45,819 nucleotides of DNA from Rhodospirillaceae bacterium (lineage in GTDB: Bacteria; Pseudomonadota; Alphaproteobacteria; Rhodospirillales; 2-02-FULL-58-16), in assembly GCA_013349695.1 (NCBI GenBank), contig DUZD01000001.1, positions 1 to 45,819 of the forward strand. The letters run 5' to 3'. This document shows, piece by piece, positions 29,174 through 39,253 of the stretch (its first letter is position 1; every line of letters starts with the position of its first letter). Under the pieces are notes generated by a model that had not been told where the DNA came from, did no database searches, and saw only the letters and a list, made by a program, of their open reading frames with translations. The translations under genes were made by a program, and so were the position numbers.

Positions 29174-30759
29174 GGCGGCTGACCACCATAAGTATCCTGA
29201 GGCGAATTCACGGGCAGGCTATTTCCCTTGCCGGCTGGCGGCGCCGAGCCCTGGCGGCGACGCTTGGGGTCATGGCGGTCGGCGCCCTTCCGCCCGTGCA
29301 TTTCCTGATCCTTTTGGTGCCGGCTTTTTCCGGCCTGGTCTGGCTGGCCGACGGCAAACCCGGCTGGCGGTCCGCCTTTGCCGCCGGCTGGTGGTTCGGA
29401 TTCGGCTATTTCGCCGCCGGCCTTTACTGGATCTCATTTGCCCTGCTGACCCAACCGGAGCAGTTCGCATGGATGATTCCTTTCGCCCTTGTTGGCCTGG
29501 CGGGCGCGATGGCCATTTTCCCGGCACTGGCCTTGCTCTTGTCCAGCGCCTTCCGGGTCGAGGGTGCTCGGCGAATTCTCCTGTTCGCCGCCACATGGGT
29601 AGCGTTCGATTGGATCAGAACCTGGATCTTCACCGGTTTTCCCTGGAACCTGGCTGGTACGGCCTGGGCGATCTCCGATGGCATGCTCCAGTTTTCCGCC
29701 TTGGCCGGCGTCCACGGTCTCAGTCTGTTGACCGTGGCGGCGGCGGCGATGCCAGCGGTCCTGACCGATAGCGGCGGCGGCCCGGCGTTCCGCCGGCAAA
29801 CCATGCCCGTCATCGCCGTTTTCGCCGTCCTCGGCCTGGTCTGGGGCGCGGGGATGCTGCGCTTGGCCGGAGCCAAGGAAGATATGGTGCCGGGGGTGCG
29901 GCTGCGCCTGGTGCAGCCAAATATCGAGCAGAAGCTGAAATGGTTGCCTCATCTGCGCGAGAAACACCTGCTCCGGCAATTGCGGATGAGCATCCGGCCG
30001 GCCGGCCGGGACACCGCGGCGGCGCCGCCAACCCACATCATTTGGCCGGAAGCGGCGGTGCCGTTTTTTCTTGCCGGCGATCCGCCGCGGCTGGCCATGG
30101 TCGCGGCGGCGGCGCCGCCGGACGGCTTGGTGATCACCGGGGCGCCGCGGATGGATTCGTCCTCGCGGGTCTGGAACAGCCTTCACGCCATCGACGCGAC
30201 AGGCCGGGTTGTCGGGATCTATGACAAGTTCCACTTGGTCCCTTTCGGCGAGTACGTGCCGTTCCGCCGGGTTCTCGGCATCGCCAAGATCACCGTCGGA
30301 AGCAAGGACTTTTCGGCGGGAGCGGGGCTTCGGACCTTGCGCCTCAAGGGATTGCCGCCGGTCAGTCCGCTGATCTGCTACGAGGCCATTTTCCCCGGCC
30401 GGGCGACGGACCGGAACGACCGCGCCCATTGGCTTTTGAACATTACCAACGACGGTTGGTTTGGCCGCTCCTCGGGGCCTTATCAGCATTTCGCCGCCGC
30501 CCGCTTGCGGGCGGTGGAGGAAGGACTGCCCATGGTTCGGGTCGCCAATACCGGAATCTCGGCGGTGATCGACGCCTACGGGCGAACGCTGAAGCGTTTG
30601 GATCTCGGCCGCCGGGGAGTGATCGACAGCGGCCTGCCCGCTCATTTGCCAGGGCTCACCCCTTATGGCCGCCTCGGCGACTGGATTCTGTTGGGGCTCC
30701 TCGCCCTGGTGGCGGCCGGCGGATTGTGGCGATCCCCGGGCGATGGTAACTTAAGTTGA
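29170..30759 (+). CDS. lnt: Apolipoprotein N-acyltransferase
   Basis: N-terminal polytopic membrane region, then a CN-hydrolase domain ([11 protein letters not shown]...[10 protein letters not shown]...[10 protein letters not shown]...NITNDGWFG). Apparent TTG start overlaps the corC stop (TTGA). Confidence 0.9.
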   Translation: MRRLTTISILRRIHGQAISLAGWRRRALAATLGVMAVGALPPVHFLILLVPAFSGLVWLADGKPGWRSAFAAGWWFGFGYFAAGLYWISFALLTQPEQFAWMIPFALVGLAGAMAIFPALALLLSSAFRVEGARRILLFAATWVAFDWIRTWIFTGFPWNLAGTAWAISDGMLQFSALAGVHGLSLLTVAAAAMPAVLTDSGGGPAFRRQTMPVIAVFAVLGLVWGAGMLRLAGAKEDMVPGVRLRLVQPNIEQKLKWLPHLREKHLLRQLRMSIRPAGRDTAAAPPTHIIWPEAAVPFFLAGDPPRLAMVAAAAPPDGLVITGAPRMDSSSRVWNSLHAIDATGRVVGIYDKFHLVPFGEYVPFRRVLGIAKITVGSKDFSAGAGLRTLRLKGLPPVSPLICYEAIFPGRATDRNDRAHWLLNITNDGWFGRSSGPYQHFAAARLRAVEEGLPMVRVANTGISAVIDAYGRTLKRLDLGRRGVIDSGLPAHLPGLTPYGRLGDWILLGLLALVAAGGLWRSPGDGNLS

Positions 30760-30961
30760 CGCGATAACTGACGTTGCAACCATATCCTCATATTTCTCTT
30801 GCAAACATTGGTATGCACCATCATATTATGAATCATCATATCAGTGTATACCGGTGTGAGATTGAATAATTGATTGATTCACCGTTTTGCCATTTTCTGA
30901 TCATCTCTAGATAGCAAGACTTTACCTCTCCAGCTCGGAAAACCATTAGCAAATAGCAAAC

Positions 30962-31456
30962 ATGATCAACAAAAAAATATCCAGTAAACGCAAAGGTAGT
31001 ACATCCGTCCGCAAAACACGGCATGATGGATGGCCGCTCGGCATCCCAAGACCTGTTGACGTTCATGTCGGTAGCCGTGTCAGGCTTCGCCGGACGTTGC
31101 TTGGATTGAGTCAGGAAAAACTCGGCGAGGCCGTCGGCTTGACGTTCCAGCAAATCCAGAAATACGAGCGCGGCGCCAATCGCATCGGCGCTTCCCGGCT
31201 TTACCAGCTCACCCGGATTCTGGACGTGCCGATTTCGTTTTTCTTTGATGACATGCCGGAAGACGTCAAGAGCGGGGCTCGCCGCCCGCCGGCGGATCTC
31301 GAAGATCGCCCGCAAGTCGCCTTGGAGCCGGATCCCATGGCCAAGCGCGAAACGCTGGAACTTGTTCGCGCCTACTACCGGATCGCCAACCCAAAAGTGC
31401 GCAAACGCTTGTTCGAACTCGCCAAGTCCCTAGCCAAGGCGAGCGAAGGCGGTTAA
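30962..31456 (+). CDS. XRE-family helix-turn-helix transcriptional regulator
   Basis: VGSRVRLRRTLLGLSQEKLGEAVGLTFQQIQKYERGANRIGASRLYQLTRILDVPISFFF. It sits in the conserved position upstream of metK in alphaproteobacteria. Confidence 0.85.
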   Translation: MINKKISSKRKGSTSVRKTRHDGWPLGIPRPVDVHVGSRVRLRRTLLGLSQEKLGEAVGLTFQQIQKYERGANRIGASRLYQLTRILDVPISFFFDDMPEDVKSGARRPPADLEDRPQVALEPDPMAKRETLELVRAYYRIANPKVRKRLFELAKSLAKASEGG

Positions 31457-31698
31457 TTGAACAAACATTGCCAGGCGATGGAAAACGCGTCGCGTGAAGA
31501 GCCCGGATCGGTCCTCGCGGGACCTGTTCGGGGATGCCTCCCGGCCTATCGCGAAATCCCTTGACGGTTACGGCAAAGCTTGCAACAAGAGCCCCCGCCG
31601 TCCGCTTTCGGCGGCGGCGGATGGATTTGGACGGCTTGCCAAAGCGATAAGCGAAGGCGCTGATTGCGTTGTCTTGCCGCCCCGCGGCCGTTCAAGTC

Positions 31699-31726
31699 CC
31701 GGTACTTGAAAGTGCTGGTTTTTTTT
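31699..31726 (+). terminator. Intrinsic-terminator-like hairpin plus U8 tract 20 nt upstream of the metK start (candidate attenuator)
   Basis: CCGGUAC (31699-31705) pairs with GUGCUGG (31712-31718): 7 bp including 2 G-U, loop UUGAAA, followed by T8 (31719-26). An alternative hairpin CAAGU/ACUUG (31693-31708) shares the 5' arm. Confidence 0.5.
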
Positions 31727-31745
31727 ATGTCCGGAGACACCGACC

Positions 31746-32921
31746 TTGTCCAAGGCCGACTATCTTTTTACCAGTGAATCCGTGTCGGAAGGACATCCGG
31801 ACAAGGTTTGCGACCGCATTTCCGACGCCATTGTCGACACTTATTTGAGTGCCGATCAGCATGCGCGTGTCGCCTTGGAGACGCTGGCGACCACCAACTT
31901 CGTCCTGCTCGCCGGCGAGGTGCGCGGCCCCGATTCAATCGGTCACGACATCCTCAAGGAAGTCACCCGCAAAGCCATCCACGACATCGGTTACGAGCAG
32001 CACGGTTTCCACTGGAAGGACGCCGAGATTCAATCCCATGTCCATTCCCAGTCAACCGATATCGCCATGGGCGTGGACGCCTCCGGCAACAAGGACGAGG
32101 GCGCCGGCGACCAGGGCGTTATGTTCGGTTACGCCTGCCGCGAGACGGATGTCCTGATGCCGGCTCCCATTCACTTGGCCCATGGCATTCTCAAGTCCAT
32201 GGCGAAAGCCCGTCACTCCGGCGCCGTCCGCGGCCTCGGCCCCGATTCCAAGAGTCAGGTGACGTTGCTTTACGCCAACGGCAAGCCGGCCCGCGCCGCC
32301 TCCATCGTGGTCTCGACGCAGCATTCCGATAAGCTGTCCCAGGACGAGGTGCGCGAGATCGTCCGCCCGCACGTGCTCAAGGTCCTTCCCGAAGGCTGGA
32401 TGTGCGATGAAGAAAATTTCTACGTCAATCCCACCGGCCGGTTCGTCATCGGCGGGCCCGACGGTGATGCCGGTCTCACCGGACGCAAGATCGTCGTCGA
32501 TACGTATGGCGGCGCCGCGCCGCACGGCGGCGGGGCTTTTTCCGGCAAGGATCCGAGCAAGGTCGACCGCTCGGCCTCCTATGCGGCGCGCTATCTGGCC
32601 AAGAACGTGGTCGCCGCCGGCCTGGCCGACAAATGCACCATCCAACTGGCGTATGCCATCGGCGTTTCCAAGCCGTTGTCGGTTTTCATCGACACCCACG
32701 GCAGCGGCCAAGTGGAGGGGGAAAAACTATCCGCTGTCATCCAGGAAATCGTCGATCTGTCACCCCGCGGGATCCGGGAACATTTGGCCCTCAACCGGCC
32801 CATCTATGCCCGCACGGCGGCCTACGGCCACTTCGGCCGGAGGCCGGACGACGATGGCGGTTTCTCCTGGGAACGCACCGACCTGGTCGAAACTCTCAAA
32901 TCGGCTTTTGGTGGCACTTGA
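31746..32921 (+). CDS. metK: S-adenosylmethionine synthetase
   Basis: [26 protein letters not shown]...[12 protein letters not shown]...[19 protein letters not shown]. Apparent TTG start at 31746; the nearby ATG 31727 is out of frame. Confidence 0.95.
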   Translation: MSKADYLFTSESVSEGHPDKVCDRISDAIVDTYLSADQHARVALETLATTNFVLLAGEVRGPDSIGHDILKEVTRKAIHDIGYEQHGFHWKDAEIQSHVHSQSTDIAMGVDASGNKDEGAGDQGVMFGYACRETDVLMPAPIHLAHGILKSMAKARHSGAVRGLGPDSKSQVTLLYANGKPARAASIVVSTQHSDKLSQDEVREIVRPHVLKVLPEGWMCDEENFYVNPTGRFVIGGPDGDAGLTGRKIVVDTYGGAAPHGGGAFSGKDPSKVDRSASYAARYLAKNVVAAGLADKCTIQLAYAIGVSKPLSVFIDTHGSGQVEGEKLSAVIQEIVDLSPRGIREHLALNRPIYARTAAYGHFGRRPDDDGGFSWERTDLVETLKSAFGGT

Positions 32922-33670
32922 CCGGCCGGCCGCGCCCGGACCGTCCCCGTTGGTACGGCCGCCGCCGCGGGCATAAGCTGGGCAAGGGCCGTCAATACCT
33001 GCTCGACACTCTTTTGCCGCGGCTGAGGCTCTTGCCGCCCGAGGATGGCCTCCTCGATCCTTACTCCGTATTTCCGAAACCGCCCGAGGACATCTGGCTG
33101 GAAGTGGGTTTCGGCGGCGGCGAGCATTTCGCGGCGCAGGCGCGCGCCTATCCCGGCATTGGGTTCATCGGTTGCGAGCCCTTCGTCAATGGCGTCGCCG
33201 CTTTGCTCGCCCGCGTCGAGAGCGAGGGAATTTCCAATATCCGCATCTATGACGACGACGCGCGCCTGTTGTTCGAGCGTCTGCCCGATGCCTGCTTCGG
33301 ACGGGTTTTCATTTTATTTTCCGACCCCTGGCCCAAGAAAAGACATCGCCGGCGCCGGTTCATCGGAACCGAGACCCTGGGCGATCTGGCGCGGCTGATG
33401 AAGGACGGGGCTGAAGTGCGCTTTGCCAGCGACGACGAGGACTACGTGGCCTGGACCCTGGAACACTTCATCCGCCATTCTTGTTTTACCTGGACGGCGC
33501 GGAGGCCACGGGATTGGCGCCAGCGTCCCCACAACGGATTTGAAACCCGCTACGAAATCAAGGCGCTCTCCCGGGGGGCCAGCTGTTTCTATCTGTGCTT
33601 CATCCGCCGTTCCAGAGCGAATGGTTCCCCCCCAAAAAACGGACCGCAACGTTCCACGTTTCGACATTGA
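32918..33670 (+). CDS. trmB: tRNA (guanine46-N7)-methyltransferase
   Basis: [25 protein letters not shown]...[11 protein letters not shown]...[18 protein letters not shown]. The TTG at 32918 overlaps the metK stop (TTGA). The longer track ORF from 32633 lies inside metK. Confidence 0.9.
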   Translation: MTGRPRPDRPRWYGRRRGHKLGKGRQYLLDTLLPRLRLLPPEDGLLDPYSVFPKPPEDIWLEVGFGGGEHFAAQARAYPGIGFIGCEPFVNGVAALLARVESEGISNIRIYDDDARLLFERLPDACFGRVFILFSDPWPKKRHRRRRFIGTETLGDLARLMKDGAEVRFASDDEDYVAWTLEHFIRHSCFTWTARRPRDWRQRPHNGFETRYEIKALSRGASCFYLCFIRRSRANGSPPKNGPQRSTFRH

Positions 33671-33757
33671 AAATCCTTGAATTGGCGGCGCGGAAGATAT
33701 AATAAATAAAGAAAATTTGGTCTCGTTTAATTCGGAGGCTGTTTCCGGATTTGATTA

Positions 33758-33786
33758 GGCGGGCTCGCGGGCCCGCCTTTTATTTT
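33758..33786 (+). terminator. Rho-independent terminator after trmB
   Basis: ggcgggc (33758-64) / gcccgcc (33771-77) form a perfect 7-bp GC stem with a 6-nt loop, followed by ttttatttt. Confidence 0.75.
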
Positions 33787-33839
33787 GGGGCCGCATGGCT
33801 TCATCGGTTCTGGTAAGGAGAAAGGTGGAGTGAGCAGCT

Positions 33840-34328
33840 ATGGATTTGCCCGGACACATTACGCGGCTTATTCAACCGACCGTTGAGTCCATGGGCTTCG
33901 ACATTTTGCGGGTGAGAATATCCGGACGGCAGAGGCGGCGGTTGCAAGTCATAGCGGAACGGCAAGACGGCAAGGCGATAATGGTCGATGACTGCGCCGA
34001 CATCAGCCGCGCCATTTCCGCCTTGCTCGATGTCGAGGAGCCGATTCATGGTTCGTATATTCTTGAGGTCAGTTCGCCGGGAATCGACCGCCCGCTGGTG
34101 CGGCGCGAAGACTATCAGCGCTTCACCGGCTACGAAGCCAGAATTGAAACGAGCTGTTCGATTGGCAACCGCAGGAAATTCAAGGGCCGTTTACTCGGCA
34201 TCGAAGGAGACACCGTGCGCATCGGGGTTGACGGAAGATCCGTGGATTTGCCCTATGGAGACATCCTCCGGGCGAAACTCATGTTGACCGACGATTTGCT
34301 GGCGGCGGCCAAGGAGAGCCAAAAATAA
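33840..34328 (+). CDS. rimP: Ribosome maturation factor RimP
   Basis: ITRLIQPTVESMGFDILRVRISG...YILEVSSPGIDRPL. RBS aaggtggag lies upstream. The stop overlaps the nusA start (TAATG). Confidence 0.9.
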   Translation: MDLPGHITRLIQPTVESMGFDILRVRISGRQRRRLQVIAERQDGKAIMVDDCADISRAISALLDVEEPIHGSYILEVSSPGIDRPLVRREDYQRFTGYEARIETSCSIGNRRKFKGRLLGIEGDTVRIGVDGRSVDLPYGDILRAKLMLTDDLLAAAKESQK

Positions 34329-35938
34329 TGACCGAAACCGTGTTGGAAACAGACGCCGTCCATGCCCGTCCGGAGCTGTTGCAAGTGGCCGAAACCGTGG
34401 CCCGCGACAAGGGAATCGAACAAGACGTTGTTCTGGAAGCCATGGAATTGGCCATTCAAAAAGCCGGGCGGTCGAAATACGGCCTTGAACACGATATCCG
34501 TGCATCCATTGACCGCAAAAGCGGCAAAATCTCGCTGGCGCGCTTTCTCGAAGTGACCGACGAGGTGGAAAACGAGGCCACCCAGATCACCCTTGCGGTG
34601 GCGCGCCAGAGCAAAGCGGACGCCAATATCGGCGATTTTCTCATTGATCCCCTGCCGCCCATCGATTTTGGACGCATCGCCGCCCAAACGGCCAAGCAGG
34701 TGATCGTCCAGAAAGTCCGCGAGGCCGAACGCACACGCCAGTACCAGGAATACAAGGACCGGGCAGGCGAAATCGTCAACGGCTTGGTTAAACGGATCGA
34801 ATACGGCAACATCATTGTCGACCTGGGCCGGGCGGAGGCGCTCTTGCGCCGTGAAGAATCGATTCCGCGCGAGCATTTTTCAAATGGCGACAGAGTGCGC
34901 GCCTACATCGTCGATGTCCGCGAGGAACAGCGTGGTCCGCAGATTTTTCTGTCACGCACCCATCCCCAGTTCATGGCCGAGCTGTTCTCCCAGGAAGTAC
35001 CGGAAATTTACGACGGCATCATCGAAATCAAGTCGGTGGCCAGGGACCCCGGCTCACGGGCCAAGATCGCCGTCGTCTCCCACGATTCCAGCATCGACCC
35101 GGTCGGCCCTTGCATCGGCATGCGCGGCTCCCGCGTCCAGGCCGTGGTCGGGGAATTGCAAGGAGAAAAAATCGACATCATCCATTGGTCTCCCGATCCC
35201 GCCACTTTTATCGTCAACGCGCTGTCGCCGGCGGAAGTGGCCAAGGTGGTGTTGGACGAAGAGGCGAGCCGCATCGAGGTAGTGGTCCCCGACGAACAGC
35301 TCAGCCTGGCCATCGGCCGGCGCGGCCAGAACGTGCGTTTAGCGTCCCAGTTGTCGGGATGGCACATAGACATCCTCACCGAGGCCGAGGAATCCGAAAG
35401 ACGGCAAGAGCAGTTCTACAGCCTCTCGCAAATGATGATTGACGCCTTGGACGTGGACGATGTCATCGCTCACCTGCTGGTGACCGAGGGGTTCTCATCG
35501 GTCGAGGAAGTGGCTTTCGTGCCGATCGACAACCTCGCCGAAATTGAAGGTTTTGACGAGGAGGTCGCCTCCGAACTCCGCGAACGGGCGCGCGCTTATC
35601 TGGCCACTCGGGACGAGGAATTGACCCGCCGCCGCGTCGAGTTGGGCGTCGCCGAAGACTTGGCCGAGCTTGAAGGGACGACGCCGGCCCTGCTGGTGGC
35701 GCTGGGAGAGCAAGGGATCAAAACGAAAGACAATCTGGCCGATCTCGCCAGCGATGAATTGCTGGAAATCGCCTCGGCTCACATCCCTTCGAAAGCGAAA
35801 GCCGACCAGTTGATCTTGGCGGCTCGCGCACATTGGTTCGAGAACGAGGAAACCGCCGCATCGGATGTCTCCTCCGATGGCGAACAGGCCGACGCCAGCG
35901 AAGACGGCGAGGCCCGGCAAACCCCGGCGAAAATTTAA
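34328..35938 (+). CDS. nusA: Transcription termination/antitermination factor NusA
   Basis: S1 and KH domains (GEIVNGLVKRIEYGNIIVDLG; DPVGPCIGMRGSRVQAVVGELQGEKIDII; LAIGRRGQNVRLASQLSGWHIDI) plus a C-terminal acidic repeat region. Confidence 0.95.
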   Translation: MTETVLETDAVHARPELLQVAETVARDKGIEQDVVLEAMELAIQKAGRSKYGLEHDIRASIDRKSGKISLARFLEVTDEVENEATQITLAVARQSKADANIGDFLIDPLPPIDFGRIAAQTAKQVIVQKVREAERTRQYQEYKDRAGEIVNGLVKRIEYGNIIVDLGRAEALLRREESIPREHFSNGDRVRAYIVDVREEQRGPQIFLSRTHPQFMAELFSQEVPEIYDGIIEIKSVARDPGSRAKIAVVSHDSSIDPVGPCIGMRGSRVQAVVGELQGEKIDIIHWSPDPATFIVNALSPAEVAKVVLDEEASRIEVVVPDEQLSLAIGRRGQNVRLASQLSGWHIDILTEAEESERRQEQFYSLSQMMIDALDVDDVIAHLLVTEGFSSVEEVAFVPIDNLAEIEGFDEEVASELRERARAYLATRDEELTRRRVELGVAEDLAELEGTTPALLVALGEQGIKTKDNLADLASDELLEIASAHIPSKAKADQLILAARAHWFENEETAASDVSSDGEQADASEDGEARQTPAKI

Positions 35939-36162
35939 AGAGTCATGAAACGGCACGGGAAAAATAGGCAATGCCGATGGCCGCTTTCCGGAGCGGTGCT
36001 TTATATTGAGGGGTGACAAGGATATGATAAACACAGCCTGCCACGAGAAAACGGTTCGTCAAGGCATCGCCGGCGAAAGTCACCGCTCCGGCCGGCGGCG
36101 CCAGCCTGTATTGATGGCCGTTTGCCATGCGGCGAACTTATTAGTCGGCGATTGATCGGATT

Positions 36163-38748
36163 GTGATGACCGCGACCAAGGAAAAAAGCAAGAACCAGCC
36201 TCTGAGCCTGTCCCGGCCCGGAAAGTTGGAGCTGAAGAAAACCGTCGAGACCGGCCACGTCCGGCAGAACTTTTCTCATGGCCGCTCGAAAATGGTGGCG
36301 GTCGAGGTGCGCAAAAAGCGAACCTACGCCCCCGACGCCGGCGGCAAAATGGCCGAGGTCAAGGAGAACCAGCTGCTGGGCTGGGGCGCGGCCGTCGCCG
36401 ACGCCGCCAGCCAGGAAGCCACTGAAGCCCAGCGCGCCAACCAGCATGCCTTGACCAACGAGGAAAAAGCGGTCCGCGCGCGGGCCTTGGAAGACGCCAA
36501 AAAGACCGAAAGTTTCACGCCATCAATGGACGCCGAGGATGCCGCCTTGGCGCCGCCGGCGCCGGTGGAAGCGGAAGCAGCAATCAAAACCGAAGACCAG
36601 GCCGAAGCCGTAAATGAACTCTCCGGCCAGGCCGAAGAGGCCCGCGAACAGGTCGAGGAAGGAGATGCGAAACGCCTGGAGACAGAGGAAACGCAAAAAC
36701 CCGAGGAACAAGCGAAGGCCAGCGCCAGCGCCGCCGCCAAATTGCGGGCGCGGGAGGAATTCGATAGCGAAGTCGATGAAAAGGAACGTAACAAACGAGG
36801 ACACCGCAAAGAGCGGCGCGGTCCCGGTACGGCGGCGCGCCGCGGCGAAGGCCGCCGCCGGGCGGGCAAATTGACCATTGCCGAGGCTTTGGGGGAGGGA
36901 ATGAACGAACGAACCCGCAGCCTCGCCTCCGTCAAACGCGCCCGCCAAAAGCAAAAACAGCAGTTGTTCCAGATTCAGGAAGGCCGGAAGATCGTCCGCG
37001 ACGTGGTTATCCCCGAAACCATCACCGTGCAGGAACTCGCCAACCGCATGGCGGAGCGCGGCGCCGACGTCATCAAGGCGTTGATAAAGATGGATGTCAT
37101 GGTCGCCATCAACCAGACGATCGACGCCGACACGGCGGAATTGGTGGTCAACGAATTCGGCCACAATGCCAAACGGGTCAGCGAAGCCGACGTGGAAATC
37201 GGCATCAAAGGCCTGGAAGACGACGAAACCAGCCTCGTCTCCCGGCCCCCCGTGGTCACCGTCATGGGACATGTCGATCACGGAAAAACTTCCCTACTGG
37301 ATGCATTGCGTAATACCGATGTCGTTTTGAAGGAAGCGGGTGACATCACCCAGCACATCGGCGCCTACCAAGTGAACTTGCCGTCGGGAGACAAAATCAC
37401 TTTCATCGATACGCCAGGCCATGAAGCCTTTAGCGATATGCGCGCCCGTGGTGCCGCGGTGACCGATATTGTGGTCCTGGTGATTGCCGCCGACGATGGC
37501 ATCATGCCGCAAACCATAGAAGCCATTAACCACGCCAAAACGGCCGCGGTGCCCATCATCGTCGCCATCAACAAAATCGACAGACCCGACGCCAATGCCG
37601 AAAGGGTTCGCACCGAACTCTTGCAGCACGAAATGGTACTTGAGGAAATGGGCGGTGAAATCCTTTCCGTGGAGGTTTCCGCCAAAGAACGGACCAACCT
37701 GGACAAACTGCTAGAAACCATCCTTCTGCAAGCCGAGCTCCTCGATCTCAAAGCCAATCCAGACCGCCTGGCCGAGGGCGTGGTCATCGAATCCAGGATG
37801 GAGAGCGGCCGCGGGTCAATGGCTACCGTCCTCGTTCAACGGGGGACCCTGAGACTGGGGGATATCCTCGTCTCCGGCAGTGAATGGGGCCGTGTTCGCG
37901 CCTTGGTCGATGCTCATGGCGAGTCCCTGGCGGCGGCCGGTCCGGCCCTGCCGGTGGAGATTCAGGGATTAAACGGCACGCCCGAGGCTGGTGACGAGCT
38001 CACCGTCGTCGACAGCGAGGCCCGGGCCCGCGAGATATCCGCGTTCCGTCAGCGCCGCCAGCGTAACGCCAAGGCCAGCGTCGGCAACCGCGAAACCGTC
38101 GAGCAGATGTTTGCTCAGATCCAAGGTGACGCGGCGAAGGCATTGCCGATCGTCGTCAAGGCCGACGTCCATGGTTCTCTTGAGGCCATCATGGCGACAT
38201 TGGAAAAGCTGGCCACCGACGAGGTCAAAGTCGACGCATTGCATTGCGGTGTCGGCGGCATCAACGAATCGGACGTGACCCTGGCCCACGCCTCGCAATC
38301 GCTGATCATCGGTTTCAATGTGCGCGCAAACCACCTGGCCCGCGACGCGGCGCGGCGCGACAAGATTGAAATTCGCTATTATTCGGTCATTTACGATCTC
38401 GTCGACGACATGAAAAAGCTCCTCTCGGGCATGTTGCCGCCGAAAATCACCGAGACTTTGTTGGGTTATGCCGAAATTCTCCAGGTTTTCAGCGTTTCCA
38501 AGGTCGGCAAGGTGGCCGGTTGCATGGTCACCGAGGGCAAGGTCCGCAAAGGCGCCAAAGTGCGGCTGGTGCGAGACGACATCGTTGTTCACGAAGGCAA
38601 ACTCAGCCAGCTCAAGCGGTTCAAGAACGACGCCAAGGAGGTTAAGGAAGGAACCGAATGCGGATTGGCTTTGGCCAACTATCAGGACATCCAGGCGGGG
38701 GATAAAATCGAGTGTTTCGAAACCAAGGAAGTCGACCGGGAATTGTAA
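36163..38748 (+). CDS. infB: Translation initiation factor IF-2
   Basis: Charged low-complexity N-terminus, then the GTPase domain ([18 protein letters not shown]...DTPGHEAF...NKID) and conserved C-terminal domains. GTG 36163 or ATG 36166. Confidence 0.95.
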   Translation: MMTATKEKSKNQPLSLSRPGKLELKKTVETGHVRQNFSHGRSKMVAVEVRKKRTYAPDAGGKMAEVKENQLLGWGAAVADAASQEATEAQRANQHALTNEEKAVRARALEDAKKTESFTPSMDAEDAALAPPAPVEAEAAIKTEDQAEAVNELSGQAEEAREQVEEGDAKRLETEETQKPEEQAKASASAAAKLRAREEFDSEVDEKERNKRGHRKERRGPGTAARRGEGRRRAGKLTIAEALGEGMNERTRSLASVKRARQKQKQQLFQIQEGRKIVRDVVIPETITVQELANRMAERGADVIKALIKMDVMVAINQTIDADTAELVVNEFGHNAKRVSEADVEIGIKGLEDDETSLVSRPPVVTVMGHVDHGKTSLLDALRNTDVVLKEAGDITQHIGAYQVNLPSGDKITFIDTPGHEAFSDMRARGAAVTDIVVLVIAADDGIMPQTIEAINHAKTAAVPIIVAINKIDRPDANAERVRTELLQHEMVLEEMGGEILSVEVSAKERTNLDKLLETILLQAELLDLKANPDRLAEGVVIESRMESGRGSMATVLVQRGTLRLGDILVSGSEWGRVRALVDAHGESLAAAGPALPVEIQGLNGTPEAGDELTVVDSEARAREISAFRQRRQRNAKASVGNRETVEQMFAQIQGDAAKALPIVVKADVHGSLEAIMATLEKLATDEVKVDALHCGVGGINESDVTLAHASQSLIIGFNVRANHLARDAARRDKIEIRYYSVIYDLVDDMKKLLSGMLPPKITETLLGYAEILQVFSVSKVGKVAGCMVTEGKVRKGAKVRLVRDDIVVHEGKLSQLKRFKNDAKEVKEGTECGLALANYQDIQAGDKIECFETKEVDREL

Positions 38749-38833
38749 GGCGGGTTTTCGAATCGCCTATCACTTGGTCCGTTTGTGGCGGCCGCGTGAT
38801 GACGCGGCCATTGACCGATTTGTGGAGGGAGCA

Positions 38834-39253
38834 ATGGGAAAACGGCTACAAAGGGCTCCCAGCCAGCGCCAGCTCAGGGTTGGCGAGGAATTGCGTCACG
38901 TCCTGGCCCGGATCCTAGGACGCGGCCAAGTCCGCGATCCCGGCCTCAAGGATGTCACCGTCATCGTTACCGAAGTGCGGGTGGGCTCCGATTTACGCAC
39001 CGCCACCGTTTTCGTTATGCCTCTGGGCGGCGGCGAAATCGACGGCATGGTCGCCGCCTTGGCCCGGGCGCGGTCGTTCCTGCGCCGCGAGGTGGCTCAA
39101 ACCATCAGACTCAAATACGTTCCCGAGCTGGTTTTTTGCGGCGACCGATCCTTCGAGTACGCGGGACGCATCGACAGCCTGTTCAAGGACCCGTCGGTGG
39201 CCCGGGATCTCGGGGCGGGCACTGGCGACAAGGTAATTGGCAATGGGACGTAA
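38834..39253 (+). CDS. rbfA: 30S ribosome-binding factor RbfA
   Basis: SQRQLRVGEELRHVLARIL...VTVIVTEVRVGSDLRTATVFV...LRREVAQTIRLKYVPELVF. ATG at 38834 is preceded by ggaggga. Confidence 0.9.
   Translation: MGKRLQRAPSQRQLRVGEELRHVLARILGRGQVRDPGLKDVTVIVTEVRVGSDLRTATVFVMPLGGGEIDGMVAALARARSFLRREVAQTIRLKYVPELVFCGDRSFEYAGRIDSLFKDPSVARDLGAGTGDKVIGNGT

Noticed and set aside
31686-31702. A tRNA T-loop-like string ggccgttcaagtcccgg in the metK leader.
   Set aside because: The flanking 5-mers are not complementary, so there is no T-stem. No acceptor or anticodon arms could be drawn. I treat it as part of the leader hairpins instead.
31560-31745. Assigning the metK leader to the SAM-II riboswitch class.
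   Set aside because: Only short strings (gauu, cuugc, aaag.gc) resemble the consensus as I remember it. SAM-II is usually translational, whereas this leader ends in a terminator. A covariance-model search is needed, so it is reported only as an unclassified candidate.
38790-38809. A perfect 7-bp GC hairpin (ggccgcg/cgcggcc) between infB and rbfA as a terminator.
   Set aside because: No U tract follows, and rbfA is normally co-transcribed with infB. It is more likely incidental or a processing site.
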